A stretch of 64,000 bases of DNA from Candidatus Lloydbacteria bacterium RIFCSPHIGHO2_02_FULL_50_18. GTDB taxonomy: Bacteria; Patescibacteriota; Minisyncoccia; Phycocordibacterales; UBA6899. The stretch is from contig MHLM01000004.1 in the NCBI GenBank assembly GCA_001821395.1, forward strand, positions 32,001 to 96,000, in the 5' to 3' direction. The position numbers were made by a program, and so were the translations under genes. Of this stretch, positions 45,443 through 55,899 are shown piece by piece; positions within the stretch are counted from its first letter, which is position 1, and every line of letters begins with the position of its first letter. The notes beneath the pieces are model-generated. The model made no database searches. It saw only the letters and a program-made list of their open reading frames with translations, and was not told the origin of the DNA.

Positions 45443-45547
45443 GTCGTGCTCTTATGATGCGCGTTCTTTTTTAAAAAATATTTTGAGAACAAAAAGAAGC
45501 CTATTTTGTGGTTAAAAAAACCGCAAGCCTTTACTTGCGGTGATATT

Positions 45548-45826
45548 TCAGGGAACACTAATGGTATTGCGGCCGAATGGCCACGACGTGCAGACATAAA
45601 GGGTTATACTTTTTCCTTGCGGCGAAGTTGCCGAGACAGTTAGGCGCGCCGAGTCGCCTCGTACACAACCAGACATGATAAGTATTGATTTGTCGATGAC
45701 TTTTATGTTCGTATAGCCGAACGGCTCGAGTGTCTGGTTGGCGATGTCATCATTTACAAAATAGCCCCGGGTGCCAAGCGCAAGTATCATCAACAATGTG
45801 AATGCTACGCCGATTTTGTGTAACAT
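45548..45826 (-). CDS. small secreted hypothetical protein
   Basis: GGAGGG SD 8 nt upstream of the ATG; signal-peptide-like MLHKIGVAFTLLMILALGTRG; terminator at 45500-45540. Confidence 0.45.
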   Translation of the reverse strand: MLHKIGVAFTLLMILALGTRGYFVNDDIANQTLEPFGYTNIKVIDKSILIMSGCVRGDSARLTVSATSPQGKSITLYVCTSWPFGRNTISVP

Positions 45827-46040
45827 AGACAAAACCCTCCTCGTGAACAAACCGCCATAAATAGTACACCAGTAGCTTTGAGAGTCAAGAATGATCAGAA
45901 AATGTAGCAAGTGCACCTAGTGCTCTTCGTATCAGATATATCGACACCAAGTCATCCGACCAAGGTGGGCTTGACTGACCACGGTTTTATCTAGGGTCGG
46001 CCAGCTTTTAAAAACAGAAAAGCGGTATAATTCAGAGTAT

Positions 46041-46394
46041 ATGAATATTTCTAAGAAAAAATTTGTTGCCCTCTTCCTCATTTCTGCGTTTGCCTTTCAA
46101 TTCATCTCCAACTCACTTTTTGGGTCAGACGTTCGACTCTTTCCTCAGAAAGGGGAGTCTTTGTTGGGGACGGATCCACAAATAGGCTGGAAGAGTGCCG
46201 GATACAAAATTCAATTGCCTATCAAAATTGTTTTGATGGGACCCATGCTGCTTTCTACTGATTTTTTGCGAGATGATCCACCACCTCCATTTGTTGCCGC
46301 TGTATTTGCTCTCTACTGGTCGATCCTTGCCTTATTTATTTACTATCTTATCGGTATTATAAGTAGAAGACATCCTCTATGTGTTTCTGCTTGA
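46041..46394 (+). CDS. hypothetical membrane/secreted protein
   Basis: 117 aa with N- and C-terminal hydrophobic segments. Confidence 0.35.
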   Translation: MNISKKKFVALFLISAFAFQFISNSLFGSDVRLFPQKGESLLGTDPQIGWKSAGYKIQLPIKIVLMGPMLLSTDFLRDDPPPPFVAAVFALYWSILALFIYYLIGIISRRHPLCVSA

Positions 46395-46548
46395 GTGCTT
46401 GGGTAATTTTGTGAGCAAGGAGGAGAGATGGGTTATATCTGTTTTGTTCAAGCGAAATAATTGTTTGTCTGGTTACTCCTGCAAGTTCAGCAAGTTTTTC
46501 TTGCGTAAGGTTTAATTTATTTCGATAAAGAGCAATGTTTGTTTCCAT
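46357..46548 (-). CDS. XRE-family HTH transcriptional regulator
   Basis: 63 aa, [35 protein letters not shown]: a classic Cro/C1-type HTH. Confidence 0.8.
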   Translation of the reverse strand: METNIALYRNKLNLTQEKLAELAGVTRQTIISLEQNRYNPSLLLAHKITQALKQKHIEDVFYL

Positions 46549-46550
46549 TT

Positions 46551-46979
46551 TTAATTTTTCTTATCTAAATAGAAATTTGAAGCGGCTTTAACGATAGTAC
46601 CAACGATGAGAGCTAATAAGATCACCGGATCAACTCTCGTGATCTCGTTTACAACAATGCCTGCGGCAATCTGATAACCGATGCCTGCGGTGAGCACTAC
46701 TAAGATAGCCCAAAGGGCATTTCGCTCAGAGATCGCTTCGTGTATTATATCCCGCTCGTCTTTCGGCACATGAACCATCATAGCTATGAAATCGATACCA
46801 AAAACGATCGCCCACAATGAGAGCAATACTACTTGCGTTGACCCAATGACATTCATTTCAGTTATGACAATTATCGGCAGTATCATAACGACAATATATG
46901 CCCAGCCTTGCCAAGTAGAAGGTGTCAGCCCCCAGCCCGTATACTTTCTTCTTTTGAACCACTCCGGTTTTGCGATCAT
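46551..46979 (-). CDS. DUF2975-like multi-TM membrane protein (usual partner of small XRE regulators)
   Basis: Four TM helices. Its start follows 3 nt after the XRE gene stop; the start was chosen at MIAKPEWF (the ORF is open to 47036). Confidence 0.45.
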   Translation of the reverse strand: MIAKPEWFKRRKYTGWGLTPSTWQGWAYIVVMILPIIVITEMNVIGSTQVVLLSLWAIVFGIDFIAMMVHVPKDERDIIHEAISERNALWAILVVLTAGIGYQIAAGIVVNEITRVDPVILLALIVGTIVKAASNFYLDKKN

Positions 46980-47278
46980 ATAATTATGTTTATTACTAAT
47001 GTAATATATACTATACGTAAAATATATATTACACAAGCGCTATTGCGGATAACTTGCATTACGGGTAAAAGTTTCACTGCGGATATTGAATGCTAAGTCA
47101 GGAGATCGTTTTGGGCGGTCTTCCGGGGTGCCTCTTCGTGAGACCCTGAAAGGTAGTTTGTAGGGCAATGCGTCGTCTTCACTCCATCTTTTTCGCCTCT
47201 AATATTTATGCTTCTTCTAACTTAAATAGGTTCCAGTTTGTTCCTGACGCGCAGTATTTTTTTTGGTATGCTCATTTT

Positions 47279-47605
47279 ATGAAGATAGTAAATCCAAGAG
47301 TCGTCCCTGATGTAGCTCAAAAATATATCATCGCCAAGATTTTCAATAGCGATGAACTTCTGCTTTGGGGCGATCCAGAAATCGAATGGCATAAGGACAT
47401 TGCAGAAGAAATGGGTGACGCAGGCCTCGTTGTTGAATGGGTAAGGGGAGGAGGAAGATTGAAATTCGTGACTGATTCGAAAACTATTTATGTCTGGGGT
47501 AAAAGTAGTATGTATGGAGCCGCGTCATTTCGGGAAGCGAAGAACATTTTGAGGATCGCTTATTCTGACTATGACATTCTTAATGAGATCCCTCCAGAAG
47601 AATAG
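47279..47605 (+). CDS. hypothetical protein
   Basis: ORF open from 47168, with the start chosen at MKIVNPR; no known motifs. Confidence 0.35.
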   Translation: MKIVNPRVVPDVAQKYIIAKIFNSDELLLWGDPEIEWHKDIAEEMGDAGLVVEWVRGGGRLKFVTDSKTIYVWGKSSMYGAASFREAKNILRIAYSDYDILNEIPPEE

Positions 47606-47684
47606 TTCCAACGTCGTCCCCTGCATCTAATTTGATAAATGCGCTAATCTTGCTGATTGGCATTTTTTAAAGCCAATGTCTGTT

Positions 47685-47990
47685 TTATGAAAAATCTCGT
47701 TTCCCTTCCCAGGGGATACCCCCGTAGTCCAATAATAGTTCTTCACCAGATCGAATATCTCTTGAGGAGATAAAATAAAATTTATCTCCATTTTGTAACA
47801 GCCCTATGTTGGGATCTTGTGAATGATTTATTTTCTCTCCGAGGCTCGTTCTCGCATAATCCACATCAGGATTTCCCGTGGTGCTAATTCTTTTGAATCC
47901 TAACCCGATATTCTCACCGCAGACGATATTATCTCTAGTGAAAACTCCATGCCCCGCAATATTTGATCCCTTTATTTCGAGGTTGACCAT
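47685..47990 (-). CDS. minimal SET-domain protein (putative protein-lysine methyltransferase)
   Basis: 101 aa with NHSQDPN (SET NHSC(D/N)PN motif) and a C-terminal GEELLLDYG (SET ELxFDY motif). Confidence 0.6.
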   Translation of the reverse strand: MVNLEIKGSNIAGHGVFTRDNIVCGENIGLGFKRISTTGNPDVDYARTSLGEKINHSQDPNIGLLQNGDKFYFISSRDIRSGEELLLDYGGIPWEGKRDFS

Positions 47991-48020
47991 TGCTTTGATT
48001 ATAGCTTTTTGTTAATTTCC

Positions 48021-48506
48021 TCATCGTCTCCATCCCGCATCATCGAATCGTGCGCCATCTCCGTTGAGGTATTTTTGCATCATTTCCTTTGCTGGCCCTC
48101 GGCGCACCCATGCATCATTGACTCCCGTCATGTCGACAAGAATACCTGCAGTGATGATTGCAACAATGAATCCCGCGATGATGATCTTGAAATCTATCTT
48201 GTAGGAAAAATCATAGCGTCGGAGCAACCATATTCCGAGAACGAGTCCGAGTATCGCAAATACGGGCGCCCACCACGGGAAACTCGAAAGAAATTGCTCA
48301 AGGCGATATTCTCCCATTGGTCCGTGCGACCGAGAAAGAAAACGCAGTAATCCAAAAAGGAAAACTGAGACAACTATTGAAGAGACCAACCCCAAGAAGG
48401 TGAGTAGTGATCCGAGAATAAAGTATATCTTTGGGCGGGGTTTTATCTGCTCACCATGGATCTTTCCCATGATGGTGTCGGTGATGTTGTTTAATTCTTT
48501 TGACAT
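48021..48506 (-). CDS. membrane protein, putative anti-sigma factor
   Basis: Immediately downstream of, and overlapping, the ECF sigma gene; N-terminal cytoplasmic segment followed by four TM helices. Confidence 0.4.
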   Translation of the reverse strand: MSKELNNITDTIMGKIHGEQIKPRPKIYFILGSLLTFLGLVSSIVVSVFLFGLLRFLSRSHGPMGEYRLEQFLSSFPWWAPVFAILGLVLGIWLLRRYDFSYKIDFKIIIAGFIVAIITAGILVDMTGVNDAWVRRGPAKEMMQKYLNGDGARFDDAGWRR

Positions 48507-49033
48507 AAGTGTTTCATTAAGGCTTTTGCGCGACTTACGCGCGTCGCAACGGTACCCATTGGTATGCGCAGGATGTCGCTGATCTCTGCATACGACTTCT
48601 CTTCTATATAATACAACGTGAGCGGTTCAGCGTAGAGGAGGGGTATCTGTTCGAGGCACTTCGTCACCATCTCCACTGTTTCTTTTTGCTCGAATTCCTT
48701 TTCGATGTCTTCATCACTTACAAAATCCGCAGTATCCAAGAGAGGGACTTCACTCGGATATTTTTTGATGATGTTGAGTGCCACATTATGTGCAATACGA
48801 TATATCCAGCTCGAAAATTTCTTTTTTACGTCAAAACCGTTGAGATTGATGTACGCGTTAATGAAGGCTTCCTGGACGACGTCGGTCGCCATGTGTTCAT
48901 CCTTGATGAGGTGAGTGACGTAGCGGAGTAGTTTGTGTTGATATCGCTCAATGAGTATAGCGTAAAGATCCCGATCAGTTGATCGAACTTTTTCAACTAT
49001 TGCTTCATCTGAAAGTTTTTCGTTCTCGTCCAT
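48491..49033 (-). CDS. ECF-type RNA polymerase sigma-70 factor
   Basis: Region 2 (YRIAHNVALNIIKK) and region 4 HTH (YAEISDILRIPMGTVATRVSRAKALM); 180 aa. Confidence 0.8.
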   Translation of the reverse strand: MDENEKLSDEAIVEKVRSTDRDLYAILIERYQHKLLRYVTHLIKDEHMATDVVQEAFINAYINLNGFDVKKKFSSWIYRIAHNVALNIIKKYPSEVPLLDTADFVSDEDIEKEFEQKETVEMVTKCLEQIPLLYAEPLTLYYIEEKSYAEISDILRIPMGTVATRVSRAKALMKHLCQKN

Positions 49034-49120
49034 ATAAAAATTCTACTCAGTATTATTGATCATGTACACTAAATCCCCGATCGTGACTCGGGGTAGTGTG
49101 CTTGGGGGTTGTGCTTTTGC

Positions 49121-49492
49121 TTAACGATTCATGTGCCTGCCCATCCCTTTTCCTCGTCCTTCTCCACCTCCAACACCGAGGCCAAGTTCTTGGCGGATCT
49201 TTTGTGCTTCAGCGATCTTTCCTTGCTCTGCCAATTCATGAGCCTCAGCAAATTTTGCAAAGTTCCCCTGATTGATGACTTCCGTTGCTCGTCCTCGTCC
49301 TTGCATCAGCTCTTTCCATGCATTGTAATCCTTCTGCTCAAATACCTTCTCCATTGCCTCATGGCGCTCTGTGCTGTAGTTTGGACCTTTAACGCTAGGG
49401 TCTCCTCTATATGCAAGCGCAGCGCTCGCGGATACCCCGAGTCCTCCAAGGACAAGTGCTGCAACTCCTAAGCCGAATAGTTTTTTGTTCAT
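49121..49492 (-). CDS. small secreted Lys/Glu-rich protein
   Basis: Signal peptide MNKKLFGLGVAALVLGGLGVSASAALA followed by a helical charged region and a G-rich tail. Confidence 0.45.
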   Translation of the reverse strand: MNKKLFGLGVAALVLGGLGVSASAALAYRGDPSVKGPNYSTERHEAMEKVFEQKDYNAWKELMQGRGRATEVINQGNFAKFAEAHELAEQGKIAEAQKIRQELGLGVGGGEGRGKGMGRHMNR

Positions 49493-49741
49493 ATGTGTTT
49501 CTCTTTAGATCAATGATTAATTTCAACCCCCTCCACTATTAATACAAGCTCAGGGAGTATTTTCTTTCATCGGTGAAAATTGCCCGAATTTCAACGTTTA
49601 TTCTCGGTCTTTACGATGGTCTTTTCCGTTGCGAGGGAGGAATGACCCGTGTGAGCTACGATCAGCGGATCGAATGACGCCTGTTGACAGTCGTTGTCTT
49701 CTTTTGACACACTTACTGAGTGAGAAGCAGGTAAAGAAATC

Positions 49742-50815
49742 ATGCATAAAGGGTACAAGCCGATAAAATTCCCGGAAGATGAATCAATCCACGATTATAT
49801 CGTTGAGTGGTGGTATTTTAACGGCCACCTGAAAGATGCAGATGGCAATGAATATCCTTTTATGGACTGTCTGTTCAAGGTGGATATGAAGAAGGTGAAA
49901 AGACCTTTTTTGAGTCGGCTGCGGATCAAAACAGCCTACTTCTCTCATTTCTCTCTTTCGGACCTAACGAATAAAAGTTTTAATCAGCGGATAGCTCCTC
50001 TTTCGCTTGTTTCCGACGATAGCTTTTCTAAACCGCTCCTCTACATTAGTTATATCAATCCCACCGTCAAAAATAGTTACACGAACTGTGTCATTGAAAA
50101 AATAGGTGAGTCAGTTTATCATCTAAAAAATGAGGACATTGATCTCCAGTTAACGTCAGTGAAGGAGCCGCTGCTCGAAGGGGGAAACGGATTTCTCGAT
50201 TTCCATTCTCGGACAACCTATTATTACTCCTTAACGAATCTCAGAACGGTAGGAAAAATAAAGGTCAATGACAAATGGATAACTGTTACCGGCAAGTCCT
50301 GGATGGATCACCAATGGGCGGATGCGAGTTATTCCGTGAATAGGTGGGATTGGTTCTCGGTGCAATTCGATGATGATACGGAAATGGTCTGCTGTGTATA
50401 TGACGATGGCAAGGTCAAGACTTTTTTTGCCGACATTTCGTATCCGGATGGTACAGAGGGGCATTACACTGAGATCGAGATCATTCCTTTGGATAAGCAT
50501 TGGACAAGTCCAAAAAGCAAGGCGGTCTATCCAGTCTCATGGAGCATTACGATACCGGAAAAAAACATAGAGGTGAATCTGACTGCAGTGATCGAAGGTC
50601 AGGAAATGCTTTTTGGGTCAATTAATTATTGGGAGGGTCCGCTTAAGGTGGAGGGTTCATTCGGGGATAAGAGGGTAATCGGTGTCGGCTTCATGGAATT
50701 GGTCGGCTATCCATCAGAGTACAGTAATGTGAGATATCTCAAGGATGAGATCGGTAAGGTCGCAAGTTGGTTTATGTTAGCAATAAGGAAAAGGGCCCCC
50801 ACCCGTGGCTCGTAG
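49742..50815 (+). CDS. CrtC/AttH-like (hydroxyneurosporene synthase-like, lipocalin-fold) protein
   Basis: N-terminal FPEDESIHDYIVEWWYFNGHL matches the P..H...EWWY.TG.L signature of the CrtC/AttH family. Confidence 0.55.
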   Translation: MHKGYKPIKFPEDESIHDYIVEWWYFNGHLKDADGNEYPFMDCLFKVDMKKVKRPFLSRLRIKTAYFSHFSLSDLTNKSFNQRIAPLSLVSDDSFSKPLLYISYINPTVKNSYTNCVIEKIGESVYHLKNEDIDLQLTSVKEPLLEGGNGFLDFHSRTTYYYSLTNLRTVGKIKVNDKWITVTGKSWMDHQWADASYSVNRWDWFSVQFDDDTEMVCCVYDDGKVKTFFADISYPDGTEGHYTEIEIIPLDKHWTSPKSKAVYPVSWSITIPEKNIEVNLTAVIEGQEMLFGSINYWEGPLKVEGSFGDKRVIGVGFMELVGYPSEYSNVRYLKDEIGKVASWFMLAIRKRAPTRGS

Positions 50816-50821
50816 TATAAT
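50816..50821 (+). promoter_or_regulatory. TATAAT -10 box 8 nt upstream of the MFS ATG
   Basis: TAG TATAAT GGTAGGTA ATG. Confidence 0.3.
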
Positions 50822-50829
50822 GGTAGGTA

Positions 50830-52032
50830 ATGAAAAAAGGACCGTTGAATGTTCATCCTGACGTCATAAAATTGGGTATCGTCAGCTTTTTGACCGACCT
50901 CAGTTCCGAGGCGATCTTTTCGGTCTTCTCCCTATTTTTTACCGTCGTGGCGGGTGCTTCAACCTCTCTCCTCGGTTTGATCGAGGGTCTTGCTGACCTG
51001 TCTGCATCTTCGCTCAACTATTTTTCCGGTTGGTTGTCAGATCGCTACGGGAAGAGAAAGCCCCTTGCCGTAGCGGGGTATGGGTTTTCAACGGTGGCAA
51101 AGACGATACTTCTTTTTGGCACATCCGTCCTCGCTCTCGGTTCTTTCAGGGTAATTGAACGTTTGGGAAAAAGCTTTCGAGGTCCGCCCAAAGATGCATG
51201 GCTCGCAGAAATGACGGATGAGTCAACGAAAGGGTATGTTTTTGGTCTGCACAAGGCGATGGACAAAGCGGGCGCCGTGCTCGGTCCGCTTGTCGCATAT
51301 TTTTTACTTCGCGTGCTCGGAGAGAGCACGGGTACGTTCCATGTGATCTTTTTTTTGGCCGTGATAACGGCTGCACTATCGGTCGTTGTGCTTTTGTTCA
51401 TAAAAGATCGTCCGGGTATTTCTCATGAACGCGAAAATATGTTTAAGGCGTGGGGAACATTAAGTCCGCAATTTCGATCGTATCTTATTCCTGCGGGAAT
51501 TTTTTCTTTAGCATATTTCAGTTTCGGGTTTCTTCTGTTGCGGGCTTATTCCATAGGTTTTTCAATGGGTGACGTGGTACTGCTTTACGCACTTTTCAAC
51601 GTTTCGTTCGTCATAATTTCCATCCCGATAGGAAAACTCGGTGACATATTCGGGCGAAAGTACATTGTTGCTTTAGGATATGTTACATATATCATCATGT
51701 CTTTAGGCTTTGTCTTTGCCACTGAAAAATGGGAGGTGGTCATCTTGTTCCTGTTGTTTGGTATTTTTTACAGTATTGATGACGCCCAAAGCAAGGCATT
51801 TATTATGGATATAGAAAAAGACAGACGGGCCACTGCCATCGGCGTGTATAACTTCGTCACCGGCTTGATCTATCTTCCCGCTTCTGTTATTGCAGGCGTT
51901 CTTTGGGTCATGAATCCCGCATATGCATTCATTTTTGCAGCTATCGTCACGAGTATCGCCATGGGCGTTTTTATCGTGTTGCGTCCCTGGAATCAAAATT
52001 TATCACAACAAGATATCACCGAGAACTACTGA
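50830..52032 (+). CDS. MFS transporter
   Basis: 12 TM helices, with the GxLaDrxGrkxxl-like loop LSDRYGKRKPL between TM2 and TM3. Confidence 0.7.
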   Translation: MKKGPLNVHPDVIKLGIVSFLTDLSSEAIFSVFSLFFTVVAGASTSLLGLIEGLADLSASSLNYFSGWLSDRYGKRKPLAVAGYGFSTVAKTILLFGTSVLALGSFRVIERLGKSFRGPPKDAWLAEMTDESTKGYVFGLHKAMDKAGAVLGPLVAYFLLRVLGESTGTFHVIFFLAVITAALSVVVLLFIKDRPGISHERENMFKAWGTLSPQFRSYLIPAGIFSLAYFSFGFLLLRAYSIGFSMGDVVLLYALFNVSFVIISIPIGKLGDIFGRKYIVALGYVTYIIMSLGFVFATEKWEVVILFLLFGIFYSIDDAQSKAFIMDIEKDRRATAIGVYNFVTGLIYLPASVIAGVLWVMNPAYAFIFAAIVTSIAMGVFIVLRPWNQNLSQQDITENY

Positions 52033-52041
52033 CGTCGCAGG

Positions 52042-52932
52042 TCACTGTTCCGCCCGCCCCATTTTGTCCAGTGTCTTTTTGAAACCCTCAATGCGACCCA
52101 TCAGCACCATGTGGAGTAGCTCTACGGGGTCAAGGTCGGCATGTTTTTCAAAAGCATCATGTGACGTGAAAACCTCCGTCGCGGGAGCGGCGCTTGCGGC
52201 AATGATCGAGCGAAAAAATTCTTTCCCCTCCTCACCTGCAAATCGCTCATGAAGTTCGGATAATTTTTCTTTCAGATGCGCGATCGTTTCAGGACTCATG
52301 AACTGCAATCGTGCGATGAGCGAATCACGATTCGTGGGAGCTCGAAGAAAATTATCCGCATCCTCGCCAAAGTCAAAGTGGACCATTTTTCCATCTTTAT
52401 ATGTGGCATTGTTCGCCCAATTACTCTGCGGATTGAAAAGGTGATCCTTGCTGTTGAAGAGATACTCGAGGAGTAATTGCTCAGACGCGAGCTCTTCTTT
52501 TGAAGTGTCGTTCTCGATCTTTTGGAGCGGCATTTTTCGTGAATAGTATCGTTCTTTTCCTTCTTCATCCGGAACGGTCACGACGTCGGCTACGTTAAGT
52601 ACGCCTTTCAGCATACGTGCGACCACCTGCTGCCCTCGTGGGTCATTTTTATTCGAAAGTTCATAATATGTTTCCCCATCGGCTGTTCGGACGGGAAGGC
52701 TGTATTCATTGAGCGGACGAATGAGTTTGACGCGCATCTCATCGGGGGGGAGCATGGAATATGTCGTTGGGTCGGCCTCGTTGGTGGCTTCATTCACCCC
52801 CGTTTTCACCTCGTCGTCTTGTGCATTGAATGATTCATTTCTCATTGCTTCAGCGTACGAGAGAAAAGAGAAATACTCAAGCGCAAAAGCAGTTCCGGGG
52901 TCGCCGAAGGCACTCGCAAAACTCTTTCCCAC
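52042..52932 (-). CDS. hypothetical protein
   Basis: 296-aa soluble acidic protein; no recognised domain. Confidence 0.35.
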   Translation of the reverse strand: MGKSFASAFGDPGTAFALEYFSFLSYAEAMRNESFNAQDDEVKTGVNEATNEADPTTYSMLPPDEMRVKLIRPLNEYSLPVRTADGETYYELSNKNDPRGQQVVARMLKGVLNVADVVTVPDEEGKERYYSRKMPLQKIENDTSKEELASEQLLLEYLFNSKDHLFNPQSNWANNATYKDGKMVHFDFGEDADNFLRAPTNRDSLIARLQFMSPETIAHLKEKLSELHERFAGEEGKEFFRSIIAASAAPATEVFTSHDAFEKHADLDPVELLHMVLMGRIEGFKKTLDKMGRAEQ

Positions 52933-52994
52933 GTATCGACACCTATGTCGCGATTATGTAGTATGACCGACGGATTCATTCAAGGGGGATACTC

Positions 52995-53672
52995 ATGATC
53001 TTTCCAACACTGAAGGGGCAAATGCCCGGTTACGTCGATCTCGATGAGTACGCGCGCGGATGGTTGTTGCGGAATGGCTATTGTCGCATCCGCTCAGGGG
53101 CGGTCGGGTACCCGAAGATCAGCCCGCTGCTTGATCCCACCATCTGTCAATTCATGGTCCTCGAGTGTCATGCGAAACTCGGCCTCGACTTTTCCTACGG
53201 CGGATGGCTCGAAGATCGTTCCGTTCTGTGGAGCGGCAGTTATCTTGATCTGGGCAGCAAGTACATTCACTTGGGACTCGACATCAATACGAAAGCCGGC
53301 ACGCCGATCGCGCTCGATATGCCGGGCGAGATCGTGCTCGTCGACAATGACCATCCGCTTGTCGGAGGCTGGGGGACCCGGGTCATGGTCAAGCTCGATG
53401 ATGCGCCGATCGTGCTTATCTACGGTCACTTGGCTCATGTGAGGCATGTGGTGGGTGCGACACTCAAGCGCGGTGATATCTTTGCCGCGGTCGGTCCTTC
53501 TTCTTCGAATGGTGCTTGGTACACGCACGCACACGTGCAGGCAATGACCTTGCAAGCGTATGAATGTTTCCTCGATAAGTCGCTCGAGCTCGACGGGTAC
53601 GGAAGGCATGATGACATTTCGCGGCTAGCGAGGTTGTTTCCCGATCCTATGCAATTCATCGAGCTAGGGTAG
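52995..53672 (+). CDS. M23 family (LytM-like) metallopeptidase
   Basis: HLGLD (HxxxD), IYGHL and HAH (HxH) motifs in the usual order. Confidence 0.7.
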   Translation: MIFPTLKGQMPGYVDLDEYARGWLLRNGYCRIRSGAVGYPKISPLLDPTICQFMVLECHAKLGLDFSYGGWLEDRSVLWSGSYLDLGSKYIHLGLDINTKAGTPIALDMPGEIVLVDNDHPLVGGWGTRVMVKLDDAPIVLIYGHLAHVRHVVGATLKRGDIFAAVGPSSSNGAWYTHAHVQAMTLQAYECFLDKSLELDGYGRHDDISRLARLFPDPMQFIELG

Positions 53673-53776
53673 TGATGGCGGCGGACACAATGGTGTCCGC
53701 TTTTTCATGTCGACATCAAAAAAACCGCCTCATTTCCTGAGGCGGTTTATTATATTTCCGAGCGTCTCGGACAAAC

Positions 53777-54121
53777 TCACGTGACGATGGTAGCCGATGC
53801 GAGCATTTGCATGGCGATATGTTTCGTCTGCGGATCGAGAAAATCCAAAGAGAATTCGCCATTTTGCGCGGTCTTCCAAACGAAGTCGGTGCCGTACTCG
53901 AGGCCGAATTTTCCGAGGACGTTTGCGGCGCGCGCAACTGCCTCAACAGTCCGATAGTTCGCATTCAGTCCGCCGCCCCCGCCGAACGATTGGTTGATCT
54001 CACGTGAGAATTCTTCGCGTCGGGAGAAGTTACCGGTCTTAAGCGTCGCGGAGCAACCAGGCTGTTTCCAGTTTTTCAGTTCAAATGCCATGTGGCCTCC
54101 ATGTGCTGTTGTTTCCTTCAT
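53777..54121 (-). CDS. hypothetical protein
   Basis: 114-aa ORF, no motifs. Confidence 0.25.
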   Translation of the reverse strand: MKETTAHGGHMAFELKNWKQPGCSATLKTGNFSRREEFSREINQSFGGGGGLNANYRTVEAVARAANVLGKFGLEYGTDFVWKTAQNGEFSLDFLDPQTKHIAMQMLASATIVT

Positions 54122-54286
54122 TAGAATACTGGCGCGCGTTGCTTTGTCAAACGGGCCAAGTGTAAAGCGGCATGAGAGGGAAACATGAGCTACTGCAGTT
54201 CGGGATCGAACCTCTCCGGAACGCGGAGTAAAATGAGTTGACGCTGGTGATCTATTCGTGATTTACGGTATAATCACTATACATTT

Positions 54287-55264
54287 ATGAACAACACATT
54301 GAAGATCGGCGGGTTAACGTTATTACTCATTCTCATAAGCGTGCTTTCATACGCGTTCTTTTCGCAACCCGAAACAATTACCCTTGCTCGGGAGGAAGCG
54401 ATAGATACGATCATCGGTGCGTATCCTGAATTAGCCGCGTACAAAGTAGTTTCGCTTCCACCAAGTTTCATAGAAGCAAAAAGGGCAGATGCGGGATGGG
54501 ATGTGGGATTTATTGAACTAGGAAGCGGAGTCCCCGGGGTACTGAGTGCAACGTGTTATCATGTTACAGACGCAAAAGCTGTTGTCTTGATCGGTGTATA
54601 TGCACAATTGAACGATAAGACTGCGGAGCGTATCGAGCTCACGACGTGCGAGCCGGTGTTCGCGGAGCAGACAGCCCCGGCGGCACCTATCACAGCCCCC
54701 GTGATTCCGCCAGTAACGCAAGATACTGTTTTGCCTTATGGCGATGTAACGCTTCGTCTGGGTCAGATCGCGACATTTAAGGATCTCTCCATGCGCCCGA
54801 TTGCTATCGAGGAAGATAGCCGTTGTCCCAATGATGTGCAGTGTATCCAGGCGGGGACGGTGCGCGTGAAGGTATCCGTCACCACAGGGGGAAGATCACG
54901 AGTGAGTATTCTTAAGCTCGGTGAGATCGTTGCGGCAGACAACGAAACAATATTGCTTGCCCACGTCCTGCCCGAGCAGAATTCCAAGATCACGGAAACC
55001 GATGCAGATTATCAGCTTCAGTTCACCGTGTTGCCGCAAGAACCCAAAGTTACCCCCTCCGTATTGGGTAAATGCTTCATCGGTGGTTGTTCGGGGCAAC
55101 TATGTACCGAGAGACCCGATGCCATCTCAACGTGCGAATACAACGCCGCATATGCATGTTATCAATCCGGGGTCTGCGAGCGACAGCCAAGCGGCACCTG
55201 TGGCTGGACGGAGACTCCGGAACTTGCCGCCTGCCTTCTGAATTCAGCGTCGGCGACATTATAA
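54287..55264 (+). CDS. secreted Cys-rich hypothetical protein
   Basis: N-terminal TM/signal helix; about 10 Cys clustered in the C-terminal third. Confidence 0.4.
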   Translation: MNNTLKIGGLTLLLILISVLSYAFFSQPETITLAREEAIDTIIGAYPELAAYKVVSLPPSFIEAKRADAGWDVGFIELGSGVPGVLSATCYHVTDAKAVVLIGVYAQLNDKTAERIELTTCEPVFAEQTAPAAPITAPVIPPVTQDTVLPYGDVTLRLGQIATFKDLSMRPIAIEEDSRCPNDVQCIQAGTVRVKVSVTTGGRSRVSILKLGEIVAADNETILLAHVLPEQNSKITETDADYQLQFTVLPQEPKVTPSVLGKCFIGGCSGQLCTERPDAISTCEYNAAYACYQSGVCERQPSGTCGWTETPELAACLLNSASATL

Positions 55265-55379
55265 GTCAGCATGCGAGAGTTGGAGCGGGGTGCATGAGTG
55301 TTTCGTCGCTGCCCCGAGTTTCATGCGGCATTTCACTGTCATTTTTATTAATCTTACCCATAGACCTCAAATAACCTAC

Positions 55380-55859
55380 ATGAATACCACGGAAGAACAC
55401 ATGAATTTTATGCGCGTCGCAGTCGAGCATTCAAAAGCATCGGTCAGAACGGGTGGTGGTCCATTCGGCGCCGTCATCATGCAAAACGGCGTCATCGTGG
55501 GTGAGGGGAATAACATGGTTACGATAATGAATGACCCGACCGCACACGCTGAGGTTGTGGCGATCAGGAACGCCTGCGCGAAACTCAATACGTTTCAGCT
55601 GACGGACTGTACGCTCTACACGAGCTGCGAGCCCTGCCCGATGTGTCTCGGAGCTATCTACTGGGCTCGTCTCGGAAAAGTCTACTTCGGATGCGGAAGG
55701 ACCGATGCAGAGCAGATCGGGTTTGACGATGCGTTCATCTATACGGAGATAAATCGCGAACATGGCGAACGAGCAATAGCATTCGAGCAGTTGCTGCGCG
55801 ATGAAGCACTGGAGGCATTCGCGTTGTGGACCAAGAAGGAAGACAAGACGTCCTACTAA
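55380..55859 (+). CDS. CDA-fold deaminase, guanine deaminase (GuaD)-like
   Basis: GGPFGAVI...NDPTAHAEVVAIRNA...LYTSCEPCPMCLGAIYWAR: Zn-binding H(A)E and PC..C, and near colinear with B. subtilis GuaD from memory. Confidence 0.7.
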   Translation: MNTTEEHMNFMRVAVEHSKASVRTGGGPFGAVIMQNGVIVGEGNNMVTIMNDPTAHAEVVAIRNACAKLNTFQLTDCTLYTSCEPCPMCLGAIYWARLGKVYFGCGRTDAEQIGFDDAFIYTEINREHGERAIAFEQLLRDEALEAFALWTKKEDKTSY

Positions 55860-55899
55860 AGTGCAAAATAGATAAAGTCCGCCATGATCAAAGTTTGTT

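Noticed and set aside
45046-45597. 183-aa minus-strand ORF across the tRNA-Gln-associated repeats
   Set aside because: Spans the non-coding mimic elements and hairpins. Composition is low-complexity and no RBS is present. The DNA is better explained as repeats.
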